The notes: generated by a model from the letters alone, not told the origin. DNA of 64,000 bases from Candidatus Dormiibacterota bacterium (GCA_963718525.1 OY970355.1:736001-800000), one strand, 5' to 3'. Counted from the stretch's first letter, positions 49,113 to 59,990 are shown. Numbers and translations are program-made.

Positions 49113-51269
49113 CTACGCCGCTCCTCGCTTCGAGCTCACGTAGTCGACGAGGACGTAGTCCCCCAGCCGATCCGGGCTGATGAAGAACGCGCGACCGCGG
49201 TTGAGCCGGGTCATCTGGTTCACGAATTGCACGAGGTGATGATTCGACTCCAGCATGAACGTGTTGATGACGATGTTTTCGCGCGTGCACCGCTTCACCT
49301 CGAGCAACGTCTTGTGAAACGTCTCGGGCAGCGGCGGATAGAAGAACACCGGACGCCCATTCTCGATATGCGCCGTCGGCTCCCCGTCACTCACGATGAT
49401 GATCTGTTTGTTCTCTCCCGGATCCCTCGCCAGCAACCGCCGGGCCAGCATCAACCCATGCTGCATGTTGGTGCCATACACATACTCATTCACCGACAGA
49501 TGCGGCAACGCAGCCGGCTTGATCTCCCGCGCCAGATCACTGAACCCAATGATGTGCAAGGTATCCCTGGGATACGCGCTGCGTATCAACGAATCCAGCG
49601 CCAACGCCACCTTCTTCGCAGCATAAAAATATCCCCGCAGCGGCATCGATCAACTCATATCAAGCATCAACACCGTAGCCGACCGCGTCAGCGTATCGGA
49701 CCGATGCACGACAAAGTCCTCTGGCAAGAGCCGAGGCACAGAACGCCGCGAAGCTCGCTGAGCGAAGGCTGGTGGGGATTCTGGCGGAGGCTGAATAGTC
49801 CGGTTTGAAGCCGGAGCCGGAATCCCCGCCGGCCGTGTGTCACGCTGATCGAAATCGCGGTCGTTGGCATCGGCTTCGCGCCGTACCGCGTTCATGAGCG
49901 TTTCCCTGACGTCGAGGTCGAACACGTCCCCGAATTCGTATGGCTTGGTGTCCTCCTCGCGGTCTCCGCCCTGTCCGTGCCGCGACACGGGATGGTCCCC
50001 GAAACGATCGCGACGCAGCCGCGCGAAGAGATCGCCGAGCGCCTTCTGTCCGATGCGCCGCAGGCCCCGTGCGGTGAGCCGCATGCCTTCCTCGTCGCGC
50101 TCGACGAGCCCACGCTGTTCGAGCTGATCGGTCATGCGCTGGAGGCGCGCGAGATCGCGTGCCGCGTTGTCACCGAGCACGTCACGCAGTGCTTCCTCTG
50201 TGGCGCTGTCGAGGGGTTCGCCGCGGTACATCCCACGCAGCCCGCGCTCCAGCTCCTCGATGGATTGCAGGCGATCCATGACGCCCATCGCCTCGTCGAA
50301 GGGAAGCTGTTCGTTGCCGAAGAAGGAATATCGCTGGCCGAGGTGACGGCGATCGGAGAGGAGCTCGAGTCCGCTCATCAGCTCGGCAAGCTGCGCCTGC
50401 AGCTCAGGGTCGCCGAACGTCGCCGAGATCATCTCCTCCAGCTGGCTGCGCATCTCCGGTGACAGCGACTGCATGAGCGAGTCCATGCGTGCCATCTGGG
50501 CGGCGAGCTGCGCGAGGAACTCGTCGAAGGTTGCGGGCGCGTCGGGAAACATCGAGCCCCACTTCTTCAGGAAGTCCTCGTAGTTGTGCTGGAGCTGCGC
50601 TTCGGGGACGCCCTCGAGCTTCTGGCGCACCAAGGCGTTGAGGTCGCGCGCCATCTCGCGCAGAGCGCTGACGTGCTGTTGCGACATCTGACCCATCTGC
50701 TCGGCCATCTGCTTGAAGTACGTGTTGACGACGTTCTGCTTGATCTCCTCGACCAGTTTCTGAAACGCCTGCTCGGCGCGCTGGTCCATGAACTCATAGC
50801 CCTGCAGCTCGCGGATCACCCCGCCCGGTTCCTGGGGCAGATTGTTGAGATGCTCGCGGCGTTTCTTCGCCACACGCTCGAGAATCCGCTTCGCACTGCC
50901 GTCGGTTGCGTTCTTGACCCGCTCGTCAATCCCCTGGCGCTCGAGGCGAAGCACGTTGTCGAGCTTTTCCTCGATGTCCTTGAAGACGTTGTCGAGGCTG
51001 TAGCGCTCGAGCTGTTTCTGACGCTGCTTGCGCAAACGCTCCATCAACTCCTCGAGCCCCGCGAACTTGCGTCCGTCACGGTCGCGCCAGCCCTGGCTGA
51101 GCAGGCGGCGCAATGCCGTCTCGAAATCCCACCCGTGGAAGACGTCTTCGCTCAGCCGGTCGAAGAGCGCGTCTGCCTCATCGCCGAGTGGATCCTGAGA
51201 ACCGTCCCAGATGCTGAAGCGGTGCTGGCGGGGGTTTCGCCGCGGCGCCGCGAGCGGTTCATCCTCCAT
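49113..51269 (-). pseudogene. vWA domain protein interrupted by an in-frame TGA at 49650-49652
   Basis: RFSIWDGSQ.., LTARGLRRIG.KAL, TKPYEFGD, LDMS*SM MIDAS motif, GTNMQHGL and VSDGEPTAH; both ORFs share one frame. Confidence 0.85.
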
Positions 51270-52659
51270 AGACCGCGCTTCCCTCGAGTGCGGTCTTGTT
51301 GAGGCGTTTGCCGAGATGCAGACCTTCGAGCACGAACTCGAGCACCGCGACGCGCATCGCATCGGTGTCGGGCTCGCCGAGGCGCTGGCGCGCGCGCTCG
51401 ACGCCGGAGAGCTCGGTGAGCGCCTGCGCGTAGTCGGAGATCGGGTGCTGATCGCCGACCTCGACGGTGAAGCCGCCACGTTCGAAACGCTGCACCAGGT
51501 CGCTGAATTCCTGAACGGTGAAGTGACGTCGGAAGACGTTGTTGCACGCGGTGCGCATCAGCTTCTCGAGCACGGCGCCGTCGTCACCGTCTTCCCAGGT
51601 CTCGAGCTCGATCTTTCCGGCCGTCGATGATGTCAGTGCGGGCAGGTCGCTGATCCGGGCGACCGCCTCCCGCTCGCCGGTTCGCAGCGCGCGGCGCAGC
51701 GCTCCGGCGGCGAGGTTCTCGTAGTTCGCGGTGGTGAGCCGGACCGATACGCCGCTGCGCTGGTTCACCTGCGGGTGGCGCCGTGCGACGTGCGACAGCT
51801 CGGCGACGATCTCCTGCATGAATCCGGGAACGGTCACCGGAACGGGCATGTCGTCGAACGTCGTCCGCTCCTGCTCGGCGATGGCGATCTCGTCGTCGAG
51901 GCTGCGTGGGTAGTGCGTGCGCACCTGCGCTCCGAAGCGGTCCTTGAGCGGTGTGATGATGCGCCCGCGGTTGGTGTAGTCCTCAGGGTTCGCCGTCGCG
52001 ACGACGTACACGTCGAGGGGAAGACGCAGGCGGTAGCCGCGGATCTGCACATCGCGCTCTTCGATGATGTTGAGCAGGCCGACCTGGATGCGCTCGGCGA
52101 GATCGGGGAGCTCGTTGATGGCGAAGATCCCCCGGTTGGTGCGCGGGATGAGCCCGTAATGGATGGTGAGCTCGTCGCTGAGATAGCGACCCTCGGCCAC
52201 CCGGATGGGATCGACCTCGCCGATGAGGTCGGCGATCGACGTGTCGGGAGTGGCCAGCTTCTCGGAATACCGCTGTTCGGGGGTGAGCCACGAGAGCTCG
52301 GTGGCATCTCCGTGGTCGGCCACGAGATCGCGGCAGCGACGGCAGATCGGCGCGTACGGATCGTCGTTGATCTCACACCCCGCGATGGCCGGAACCGCGT
52401 CGTCGAGCAGGGTGACCAGCGCCCTGATGAGTTGCGATTTCGCCTGCCCGCGCTCGCCGAGCAGCACCATGTCCTGGCCCGCCAGGATCGCGTTCTCGAT
52501 CTGAGGGATCACCGAGTTGTCGTACCCGCGGATGCCGACGAACAGTTCCTCGCGATTGCTGAGCTTGCGGATCAGGTTGCGGCGGAGCTCGGTCCTGACC
52601 GGCAGGACGCGGTACTCCGCACGACGCAATTCACCGATCGTGGACGGGGCCTGGGACAT
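51259..52659 (-). CDS. AAA+ ATPase (Mg-chelatase ChlI-like), partner of the vWA protein
   Basis: LLGERGQAKS, NRGIFAINELPDL and ANPEDYTNRGRIITPLKDRFG. Confidence 0.92.
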   Translation of the reverse strand: MSQAPSTIGELRRAEYRVLPVRTELRRNLIRKLSNREELFVGIRGYDNSVIPQIENAILAGQDMVLLGERGQAKSQLIRALVTLLDDAVPAIAGCEINDDPYAPICRRCRDLVADHGDATELSWLTPEQRYSEKLATPDTSIADLIGEVDPIRVAEGRYLSDELTIHYGLIPRTNRGIFAINELPDLAERIQVGLLNIIEERDVQIRGYRLRLPLDVYVVATANPEDYTNRGRIITPLKDRFGAQVRTHYPRSLDDEIAIAEQERTTFDDMPVPVTVPGFMQEIVAELSHVARRHPQVNQRSGVSVRLTTANYENLAAGALRRALRTGEREAVARISDLPALTSSTAGKIELETWEDGDDGAVLEKLMRTACNNVFRRHFTVQEFSDLVQRFERGGFTVEVGDQHPISDYAQALTELSGVERARQRLGEPDTDAMRVAVLEFVLEGLHLGKRLNKTALEGSAVYGG

Positions 52660-52671
52660 CGCATCCCAAGC

Positions 52672-54144
52672 CTACACCGGGGCGGGGAGTCGACTGCCGC
52701 GCCCCGCCAGGGTCGCGCTGGTTCTTTGGTCGAGCAACTCGCGCGCCGCGGCAACGAGACGGCCCGCAAGTTCCTGCTCCTGACCGAAGTGCAGGTGGAT
52801 GAACGACGCGAGCATGAGCGGATCGGTCCAGCCCTCGCAGCCCAGCGGCTCGCCGTCGCAATCGTGCATCGTGTACGCGGGGTTGAGGCAGTCGCCGCCG
52901 GACAGCATCCGGCTGAAGTGGAACTCGTGCCCGCGCAGACGAGTCCCGACCGGACCCAGCATCGACGGCGTCGCAATGCTCAGGTCGCGATATCCGCTGT
53001 GCAACGTACCCGCCTCGAGCGCGATGTCGATCGGGATGATGCCGGCCATGTGATGGACGGCACCGTCGCTGGTCCGCAGCGACCGAGCGGAATACTGCAG
53101 CCCGAATCCCTCCGCGTAGACGGGAACGCCGTGGGCCCGGGCGCGCCTGAAGGATTCGATGAACGGATGGTTGCGCGCAAGCCTCGGCACATATGCCTCC
53201 GAGATGCCACCGCCCATGTAGATGAGACCAAGGTCGCGTGGCAGCGCGGAGTCCTCGAGCGGCGAGAAGGTGATGATCTCCGCGCCGGCGGCTTCGAGCA
53301 ACTCGAGATTTTCCGCGTAGTAGAAGGAGAATGCGTCGTCGAAGGCCACGCCGATGCGCACCGGCTGCTCGCTCGGTCGGTCGACGTGGCGGCGTGGCGC
53401 GGGATGCACGGGAGGCGATCCCTCCATGAGCCGTTCGATGAGGTCGAGATCGCAGTGGCGGGTGACCGCCTCGCCCAACTCCGAGATCGCCTCGTCCACG
53501 TGCGGGTTCTGCAGCAGCGGGAGCAGCCCGGTCCGCAGCTCGGGGATGCGCACCGACTGGATGTGGGGGAGAGCGCCGAGCACCGGCATCCTCGCAAGCG
53601 ACCAGACGGCATCCTCGATGACGCGGCGGCGATAGTCGTTGGGGACGTCGTTGAGGATCACGCCGATCACGCTGCCGGCGCTGTCGAGCTGCTTGATCCC
53701 CAGTGCCGCCGCGGCCGCGGTTTCGCCCATGGCCCATGCGTCGACCACCAGCACGACCGGCGCCGCGATCATGCGCGCCACCTCCAGCGTGCTTCCCGGG
53801 AACTCGTGGGGAGCGGATCCGGCGCATTCCGGTGCCATCCCATGGCCGTCGAGCACACCCATGGCTCCCTCGACGATCGCCCGGTCCGCACCGAGTGACC
53901 CAAGCGCGAATGAGCGGCGCACCCCCTCGCGTCCGAGCAGCCAGGAATCGAGGTTGCGACACGGCCTCCGGCTGGCATGCGCGAGGTATGCCGTGTCGAT
54001 GAAGTCGGCGCCGACCTTGAAGGTCTGGACGGTCAAGCCGCGTGCGCGCAGCGCGGCGGTGAGACCCAGGCTGATCGAGGTTTTCCCGGAACCCGAACCC
54101 AGGCCGCCAACCACGAGCCGAGGAATCCCGACGTCCTCGAGCAT
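52672..54144 (-). CDS. cbiA: Cobyrinate a,c-diamide synthase-like protein (CbiA/CobB)
   Basis: SGSGKT, FKVGADFID, NLDSW, VEGAMG..DG, D.AFSFYY.EN and RGHEFHFS; the glutaminase Cys is replaced. Confidence 0.85.
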   Translation of the reverse strand: MLEDVGIPRLVVGGLGSGSGKTSISLGLTAALRARGLTVQTFKVGADFIDTAYLAHASRRPCRNLDSWLLGREGVRRSFALGSLGADRAIVEGAMGVLDGHGMAPECAGSAPHEFPGSTLEVARMIAAPVVLVVDAWAMGETAAAAALGIKQLDSAGSVIGVILNDVPNDYRRRVIEDAVWSLARMPVLGALPHIQSVRIPELRTGLLPLLQNPHVDEAISELGEAVTRHCDLDLIERLMEGSPPVHPAPRRHVDRPSEQPVRIGVAFDDAFSFYYAENLELLEAAGAEIITFSPLEDSALPRDLGLIYMGGGISEAYVPRLARNHPFIESFRRARAHGVPVYAEGFGLQYSARSLRTSDGAVHHMAGIIPIDIALEAGTLHSGYRDLSIATPSMLGPVGTRLRGHEFHFSRMLSGGDCLNPAYTMHDCDGEPLGCEGWTDPLMLASFIHLHFGQEQELAGRLVAAARELLDQRTSATLAGRGSRLPAPV

Positions 54145-54336
54145 GAGGTGCCTCCGGATACGCGCTGGTAGGCTTGCTCTCTCGCCGGCAGGCTCGGCGA
54201 CGCTCGCCGGGCTCGCGCACCCGACGCTAGCACCGGCGGTCGGCGGGGGCAAGTGCAGAAGTTGTAACGGTGCTTGGGCGCGCTCAGGTGGTGGCGTGGG
54301 GTTGCAGCGCCCGAACGGTCCGGCGTGCATAGCGAC

Positions 54337-54921
54337 TCATGGGATCAATCCGGCGGCTCGGCGTGCGCGCTCGACGGCGGGTCGTATCGGGCAGGCGGCG
54401 AGATGGTCGTCGACCACGCCGCCGGCCTGCATCAGTGCGTAGACCGTCGTCGGGCCAAGGAAGCGAAAGCCTCGGCGTTTGAGTTCACGCGCGAGTGACG
54501 CGGCCTCGGGCGTCGTCGAGGGTACGTCGGTCCACGCTGACGGTGCCGGTCGCCGTGATGCCCGTTGATCCGGCCGCAGCAGTGACGCAAGCGGCTCGCC
54601 GGCGTCGCGCAGCTGCAGAATGGCGCGCGCGTTCCCAATCGTCGCATCGATCTTCGCCCGATTGCGCACGATGCCGACATCTTCAAGGAGGCGTTTGACG
54701 TCTGGTGGATCAAAGCGCGCAACGACATCAGCGTCGAAATTCGCGAACGCCCGGCGGAAAGCGTCGCGCTTGGCAAGAATGGTCCGCCAGGAGAGCCCCG
54801 CCTGGAACGCCTCGAGGCTCAAGAGCTCGAACAGCGCCCGCTCATCGGGCACCGGAAAGCCCCACTCGGTGTCGTGATACCGCTCATACAGGGGATCACC
54901 GTCGCCGAAACACCTTCTCAT
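54337..54921 (-). CDS. tag: DNA-3-methyladenine glycosylase I
   Basis: YHDTEWG, LEAFQAGLSW, GIVRNRAKI and GFRFLGPTT.Y..MQA.G.VDDH...C. Confidence 0.95.
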   Translation of the reverse strand: MRRCFGDGDPLYERYHDTEWGFPVPDERALFELLSLEAFQAGLSWRTILAKRDAFRRAFANFDADVVARFDPPDVKRLLEDVGIVRNRAKIDATIGNARAILQLRDAGEPLASLLRPDQRASRRPAPSAWTDVPSTTPEAASLARELKRRGFRFLGPTTVYALMQAGGVVDDHLAACPIRPAVERARRAAGLIP

Positions 54922-55874
54922 CCGGGCCGCTCTCGAACCACCTCGGCCGGTCGCTTGTCGTCGCGCAGCCCGAGGAAGCGCGGTTGCCGGAGGCGGCCAT
55001 CGTTCGTCCATTCTGCGAAGCCGATCTGCGCGACCACTTCGGGCCGGGTCCAGTGCGTGCCGCGCGGAATCGGTCTCGCGTCGATGAACGGCGGCTCCGA
55101 TATCTCGAGGGATCGCAGCCGAGCGCCGAGATCGCGGAGCCTGGCCGCCGTGTAGCCGGTGCCGACCTTTCCGGCGTACCGGAGTCGACCCTCCTCGTGA
55201 TACCCCACGAGCAGCGCACCGAAATCAGTCCGGCTGCCCGTTGGATCGGTGTAACCGCCGATGACGAACTCCTGCTCCCAGACGCATTTCAGCTTCAGCC
55301 AGTCCTTCGAACGCCCGGGCACGTACGGCGCATCAGCACGCTTGGCGATGAGTCCTTCCCAGCCTGAACGGCACGCGTCGTCAAACCGCCGCTGAGCGTT
55401 GTCCCGCCAGGCTTCGGAGAGTTGCAGGGCCGCGCTCGGCCGGATTGCCCGCGTCAATCGGGCGCGACGCTCTTCAAGCGGCCGGTGAGTGAGGTCCTCG
55501 CCGTCAATCTCCAGGACGTCAAAGACGCAGTAGACCACCGGGTACGCGGCTATCTGCTGGGGGGAAGGTGCGGTGGCGCCGAGACGCTGCTGAAGCCGGC
55601 TGAAGGATGTCTGCTCGCCTTGGTATGCGACCACCTCACCGTCCAGCAGGAGGTCGGGTGCGCGCTGTGTGACCAGGGCAGCGCACACCTCGGGGTACGT
55701 GGCGGTGAGGTCCTTGCCCGTGCGCGACTCGAGCCGCACGTTGCCGCCCCGTTTGCGCGCAACGCAGCGCTCGCCGTCGAACTTGCGCTCGAGCAGCCAG
55801 TCGCCACCGAAGTCGCGACGGTCGGTCAGGGTCGCCAGCATCAGGGGAATGGGCACACCCGGATGGTCCCGCAT
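54918..55874 (-). CDS. ATP-dependent DNA ligase (LigD ligase domain only)
   Basis: ERKFDG, LDGEVV, FDVL, EGLIAK, WLKLK, YAGKVGTG and LRQPRF.GLR.DK. Confidence 0.93.
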   Translation of the reverse strand: MRDHPGVPIPLMLATLTDRRDFGGDWLLERKFDGERCVARKRGGNVRLESRTGKDLTATYPEVCAALVTQRAPDLLLDGEVVAYQGEQTSFSRLQQRLGATAPSPQQIAAYPVVYCVFDVLEIDGEDLTHRPLEERRARLTRAIRPSAALQLSEAWRDNAQRRFDDACRSGWEGLIAKRADAPYVPGRSKDWLKLKCVWEQEFVIGGYTDPTGSRTDFGALLVGYHEEGRLRYAGKVGTGYTAARLRDLGARLRSLEISEPPFIDARPIPRGTHWTRPEVVAQIGFAEWTNDGRLRQPRFLGLRDDKRPAEVVRERPG

Positions 55875-55913
55875 ATCAGGCGCGTCTGTGGCGACAGGTC
55901 CTTGCTGCCGCGG

Positions 55914-56747
55914 CTACGCTCGTTTGACCACCACGTATTCCACGGGTTGCAGCCCGCAGTGCCATCGATCAGCGATTGGCTGCAGAACAGGACGGATCCG
56001 CATCGGGTCGAATCCCATCGGTGCGACGTCGAGGATTCGGCCGCCATGCGCCTCGATGACTGGTCGAAGGAGCGCTTGCGGAAGCGGGAACATGTGCATT
56101 CGCGGTGGGAGCGGGGGACCTTCGCGGTCATTGAAGCCGGCGTACGCCTTTTCGAGTCGGACGCGGAGACGGGTCGAACGCTGTCGCATGCGCTGCAGCG
56201 CCGACAACGCCGAGAACATCGGTCCCCCCGCAACCTCGTGCGCGTGAAAGACCAATATTCCACGGTCGCGCGCGAGAACCCGGACGAGCTCCCCAACATA
56301 CGCGAGCGCATAGCGGCGAGGGATGTGTTGGAGAACGCGCGTGGAGTAAACGCATGCAAAACGCCCATCTGCAAAGATGGAGAGGTCAGCCCGTTCGTTC
56401 AACGTAAACGTCAGACGATCGGGGCTCGGATTGAAGCCGCGTGCAAGCTCCAACATCTTTGGAGAGATGTCCACCCCTGTACAGCGGGCAAATACTTCCG
56501 AAAGGGGTTGGCTGACACGACCGAGCCCGCACCCAAAGTCGAGAGCCTCGCCGTCGCGGTCGATCCGGAGACCGCACGCCTCGACGTGGCTGACGGCTGC
56601 TTGAATATCCCGTTGACCGGACTGCCAGAAGCGTGCCAGCTCTTCGTAGGAACCGCCTTGCGGACCGAGCTCGGTGCAGACCGCCCAAAGGGGATCGGTC
56701 TGCGCCATGTATTCCCAGTCACTCGAGGTTTCTTTCAGCGATGCCAC
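55914..56747 (-). CDS. Class I SAM-dependent methyltransferase
   Basis: W..MAQTDPLWAV, ALDFGCGLGR, GVDIS..ML and VLQHIP. Confidence 0.88.
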   Translation of the reverse strand: MASLKETSSDWEYMAQTDPLWAVCTELGPQGGSYEELARFWQSGQRDIQAAVSHVEACGLRIDRDGEALDFGCGLGRVSQPLSEVFARCTGVDISPKMLELARGFNPSPDRLTFTLNERADLSIFADGRFACVYSTRVLQHIPRRYALAYVGELVRVLARDRGILVFHAHEVAGGPMFSALSALQRMRQRSTRLRVRLEKAYAGFNDREGPPLPPRMHMFPLPQALLRPVIEAHGGRILDVAPMGFDPMRIRPVLQPIADRWHCGLQPVEYVVVKRA

Positions 56748-56960
56748 AAACGCTGTTCTCCGGTTGGGGAAGGCCGTGCTCCCACGGCACGGTGCGGCAG
56801 CATCGTAGCGGGTGACCGTCGCACCGAACTCCCTCGCGAGGTCCTCGTCGTCAGCTCCTGGTCGTAACGACGCGCCGTACTTGCTCCGCAGACCGCTGTA
56901 CAGTCGCACCCACCGCGGACGTGCAACCGCGGGCGGCAGCGGGGCTTGTGGAGGAACGAT

Positions 56961-57584
56961 GTGGCCGGAAACCAATGGCCGCTCATACGGGCTGAGCGGG
57001 TGGCTCTGATCGCGGACCTGGAGACCATCAGCGATGCGCAGTGGTCGACGCAGTCGCTCTGTTCGGCGTGGACTGTCCGTGACGTGCTCGCGCACATGAC
57101 CACCACTGCGAAGATGACTCCCGGACGGTTCTTCGGGAGGTTCGCCAGTACCGGATTTCAGTTCAACGCCATGAATGCGAAGGGCGTGAAAGAGGAATTG
57201 CGAGCGACCCCGGCCGACACGCTCGCGGGCTTCAAAGCGCAGTTGGATCGGACCACCGCACCACCAGGACCGACCGATGCGATGGTCGCCGAGGCGGTGA
57301 TCCACGGCGAGGACATCCGTCGCCCGCTCGAAATCGCGCACAGCTACCAGCCCGAGGCGCTGACCCTGGTCGGCGATTTCGTGATCCGCGGCAACCTCCT
57401 GCTCGGCGGCAAACGAAGGGCCACCGGCCTCACCCTGGTCGCGACGGATGCGGACTGGACCCGCGGAACAGGCCCGGAGGTCACGGGACCGCTGCCTTCG
57501 ATGATCCTGGCGCTCACCGGGCGCAAGGCCGGCCTCGCGGATCTGACGGGGGATGAACTCGCGACGCTGACCGGACGGGTCTAA
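56961..57584 (+). CDS. MDMPI family protein (TIGR03083-like)
   Basis: AER.AL..DL..QWSTQSLCSAWTVRDVLAH..IHGEDIRRPL..LTGR. Confidence 0.9.
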   Translation: MAGNQWPLIRAERVALIADLETISDAQWSTQSLCSAWTVRDVLAHMTTTAKMTPGRFFGRFASTGFQFNAMNAKGVKEELRATPADTLAGFKAQLDRTTAPPGPTDAMVAEAVIHGEDIRRPLEIAHSYQPEALTLVGDFVIRGNLLLGGKRRATGLTLVATDADWTRGTGPEVTGPLPSMILALTGRKAGLADLTGDELATLTGRV

Positions 57585-59318
57585 CCCGCAGGCGCCGTCG
57601 CCACTGCGGCGGCCGGCTGCCCGCTCAGGGTCACGGCTCGCGCCGGGCGCAGGTCCCGGAGGCGTGCCCGGACGCGCTGAAACCCCTGGAAGCTATCCAC
57701 CTCGAGGCCGAAGCAGGCATCGACCATCTTCCCTCGTGGGAGGTGATCGGCGAGATTGGGCTTGTTGAACGCGATCGAACTCGAGGACGCCGGAACCGGT
57801 CGACAGCACCACTCGGACGTGCTGACCCTCCGATCCGAACGTCGACGTGCCGAGCACCCTGGCGCTGCAGACGGCCAGCAGTGGCGCCGGGTTGCCCTGA
57901 CCACTCGGCTCGAGCTGGTCCAACGCCCGGCACAGCTCGGGCGTGACATCGATCCCCGAGATCTCGCTGTCGATGGTGAAGTCACGCACGCGCTCGACGC
58001 CCGCGTTCTGCTCGCAGACCGAGGCGGTGATGAGCTTTCGAAACTCGTCGAATCGCGAGGGATCGAGGCTGAAGCCCGCTGCAGCGGCATGCCCGCCGTA
58101 GCGGAGCAGCGACGGCGCGGCGCCATCGAGCGCTTTGACGATGTGAACACCGCCGGATGAACGAGCCGAGCCCTTGGCCTCGCCGGGATCGAGGCAGGCG
58201 ATGAACGTCGGCCTGGCATAGCGCTCGGCGAGCCGACCGGCCACGAGCCCGACGATGCCCATGGGCCAGTCGGGATTGCCCAGCACGATCGCCGCAGCGT
58301 CGTCATCGATATCCGCGACCAGTTCCTCCGCCTGGGCGAGCGCGACCGCCACGGCCTGCTGGCGCAACCGGTTCTGGGTGTCGAGGTCGACGGCGAGGCG
58401 CTCCGCCTCGTCCGGGTCATCGCAGAGGCACAGTTCGAGCGCCAGGCGCGCGTCCTCCATGCGGCCGGCCGCGTTGATGCGTGGTCCCACCGCGAACGCG
58501 ATGTCGGTCCCCCTCGGGGGTGGCGTGATGCCGGCAACCTCGCAGAGGGCGCGGAGACCGGGCAGGTCGGCGATTCGCGGCAGGCCGTCACGGACGATGA
58601 CGCGATTCTCACCGCGCAGCGGCATCATGTCGGCGATCGTCCCGAGCGCGGCGAGCCCGAGCGATGCCTCGGCACTGCCCTCGGGTACCAGACCCCTCGA
58701 TTCGAGCGCCTGGACGAGCTTGAACGCCACGCCCGCGCCGGCAAGCCCGTCGAAGGCATAGGTCGAGCCGGGGAGCTTGGGGTTGACCAGCGCGTCGGCC
58801 GGCGCCAGCTGAGGTGGCGACCCTCCGGGGGCGAGGGCCAGGTGATGGTCGGTGACCACCAGGCGCACGTTCGCCGGGCGACCTGCCGCGGCCTCGACGC
58901 TGCTCGTCCCGCAGTCCACGGTGATGACGCAGCGGGCGCCGCGTGCCCCGAGCTCGGCGAGTGCGGCCGCGTGGAGGCCGTACCCCTCGGTCATGCGGTT
59001 GGGGATGTACGGAAGGACCGTGGCGCCGGCGGCGCGCAGAGAGCGCGTGAGCATCGCGCAGGCGGTGACGCCGTCCGCGTCGTAATCACCGTAGATCGCG
59101 ATCGTCCCGCCCTCGTCGATGGTCGCCCGGATGGCTGCAACGGCCGCCTCCATGGCCGGCAGGCCGAACGGATCGTGGTAGCCGCCGGTGACGTCAAGGA
59201 AGGCGGAAGCGGCGGCCTGGTCGAAGCCTCGCGCCGCGAGCACCTGACCGACGACCGGGTGCAACCCGGCCAGGGGCTCGGCGTGGCTCAGCCGCCAGCG
59301 GCGCGGCGCCGGCTGCAC
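57581..59318 (-). CDS. recJ: Single-stranded-DNA exonuclease RecJ (apparent +1 frameshift at ~57778)
   Basis: YGDYDADG, TVDCG, TDHH, GPRINAAGR, GSARS and GGHAAAAG; the C-terminal SIAFNK..DSFQG segment is in the adjacent frame. Confidence 0.92.
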
Positions 59319-59327
59319 CGGCGAACC

Positions 59328-59990
59328 TCAGGCGCCCGAGACGGGGGGCGCCGGCGGGGCGCCGGGTGCAGCCGATGGAGCGGGCGCGGCCCCGGGTGCC
59401 TGCCCGTAGGTCGCATTGGTGATAGCGCTGAAGTCGACCTTCGGCGCCTCGCCGACCACCGCGCGCTGCGCCGGATCGATCTGGAAGAACTCGGCGTTCT
59501 GGAAATGGAACATGTTGGCGATCACGTTCGATGGGAACGCCTGGACGCGACGGTTGAACTGCTGCACGTTTGCGTTGTAGATCGAACGCGATGCCTGGAT
59601 GCGGTCCTCGGTGTCGGCGAGCGTCGCCTGAAGTTGCAGGAAGTTCTGATTGGCCTTCAGCTCGGGGTAGTTCTCCGCCACCGCGAAGAGGTGACCGAGA
59701 GCCATCTGGAACGGACCCTCCGCGGCGCTGGCGGCGGCCGGCCCCTGTGCCTGCAGCCCGACCGAACGGGCCTGGGCGACCTCCTCGAAGACGCCGCGCT
59801 CGTGAGCCGCGTAGCCCTGGACCGTGGAGACGAGGTTGGGGATGAGGTCGTAGCGCCGCTTGAGCTCGGTGTCGATGTCAGCCCAGGCGTTCTGCACCGC
59901 GTTGCGTTGGGAGACGAACTGGTTGTACGAGACCACCAACGCGAGCGCGATGACCACGATGATGACGAGGACGACGATGAGGACTGTCAC
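59328..59990 (-). CDS. lemA: LemA family protein
   Basis: N-terminal TM, AWADID.ELKRRYDLIPNLV, AVAENYPELKANQNF and FPSN. Confidence 0.95.
   Translation of the reverse strand: MTVLIVVLVIIVVIALALVVSYNQFVSQRNAVQNAWADIDTELKRRYDLIPNLVSTVQGYAAHERGVFEEVAQARSVGLQAQGPAAASAAEGPFQMALGHLFAVAENYPELKANQNFLQLQATLADTEDRIQASRSIYNANVQQFNRRVQAFPSNVIANMFHFQNAEFFQIDPAQRAVVGEAPKVDFSAITNATYGQAPGAAPAPSAAPGAPPAPPVSGA

Noticed and set aside
49650-49652. Selenocysteine codon
   Set aside because: It occupies a variable MIDAS position not known to be Cys, no SECIS element is evident, and a nonsense change or error is simpler.
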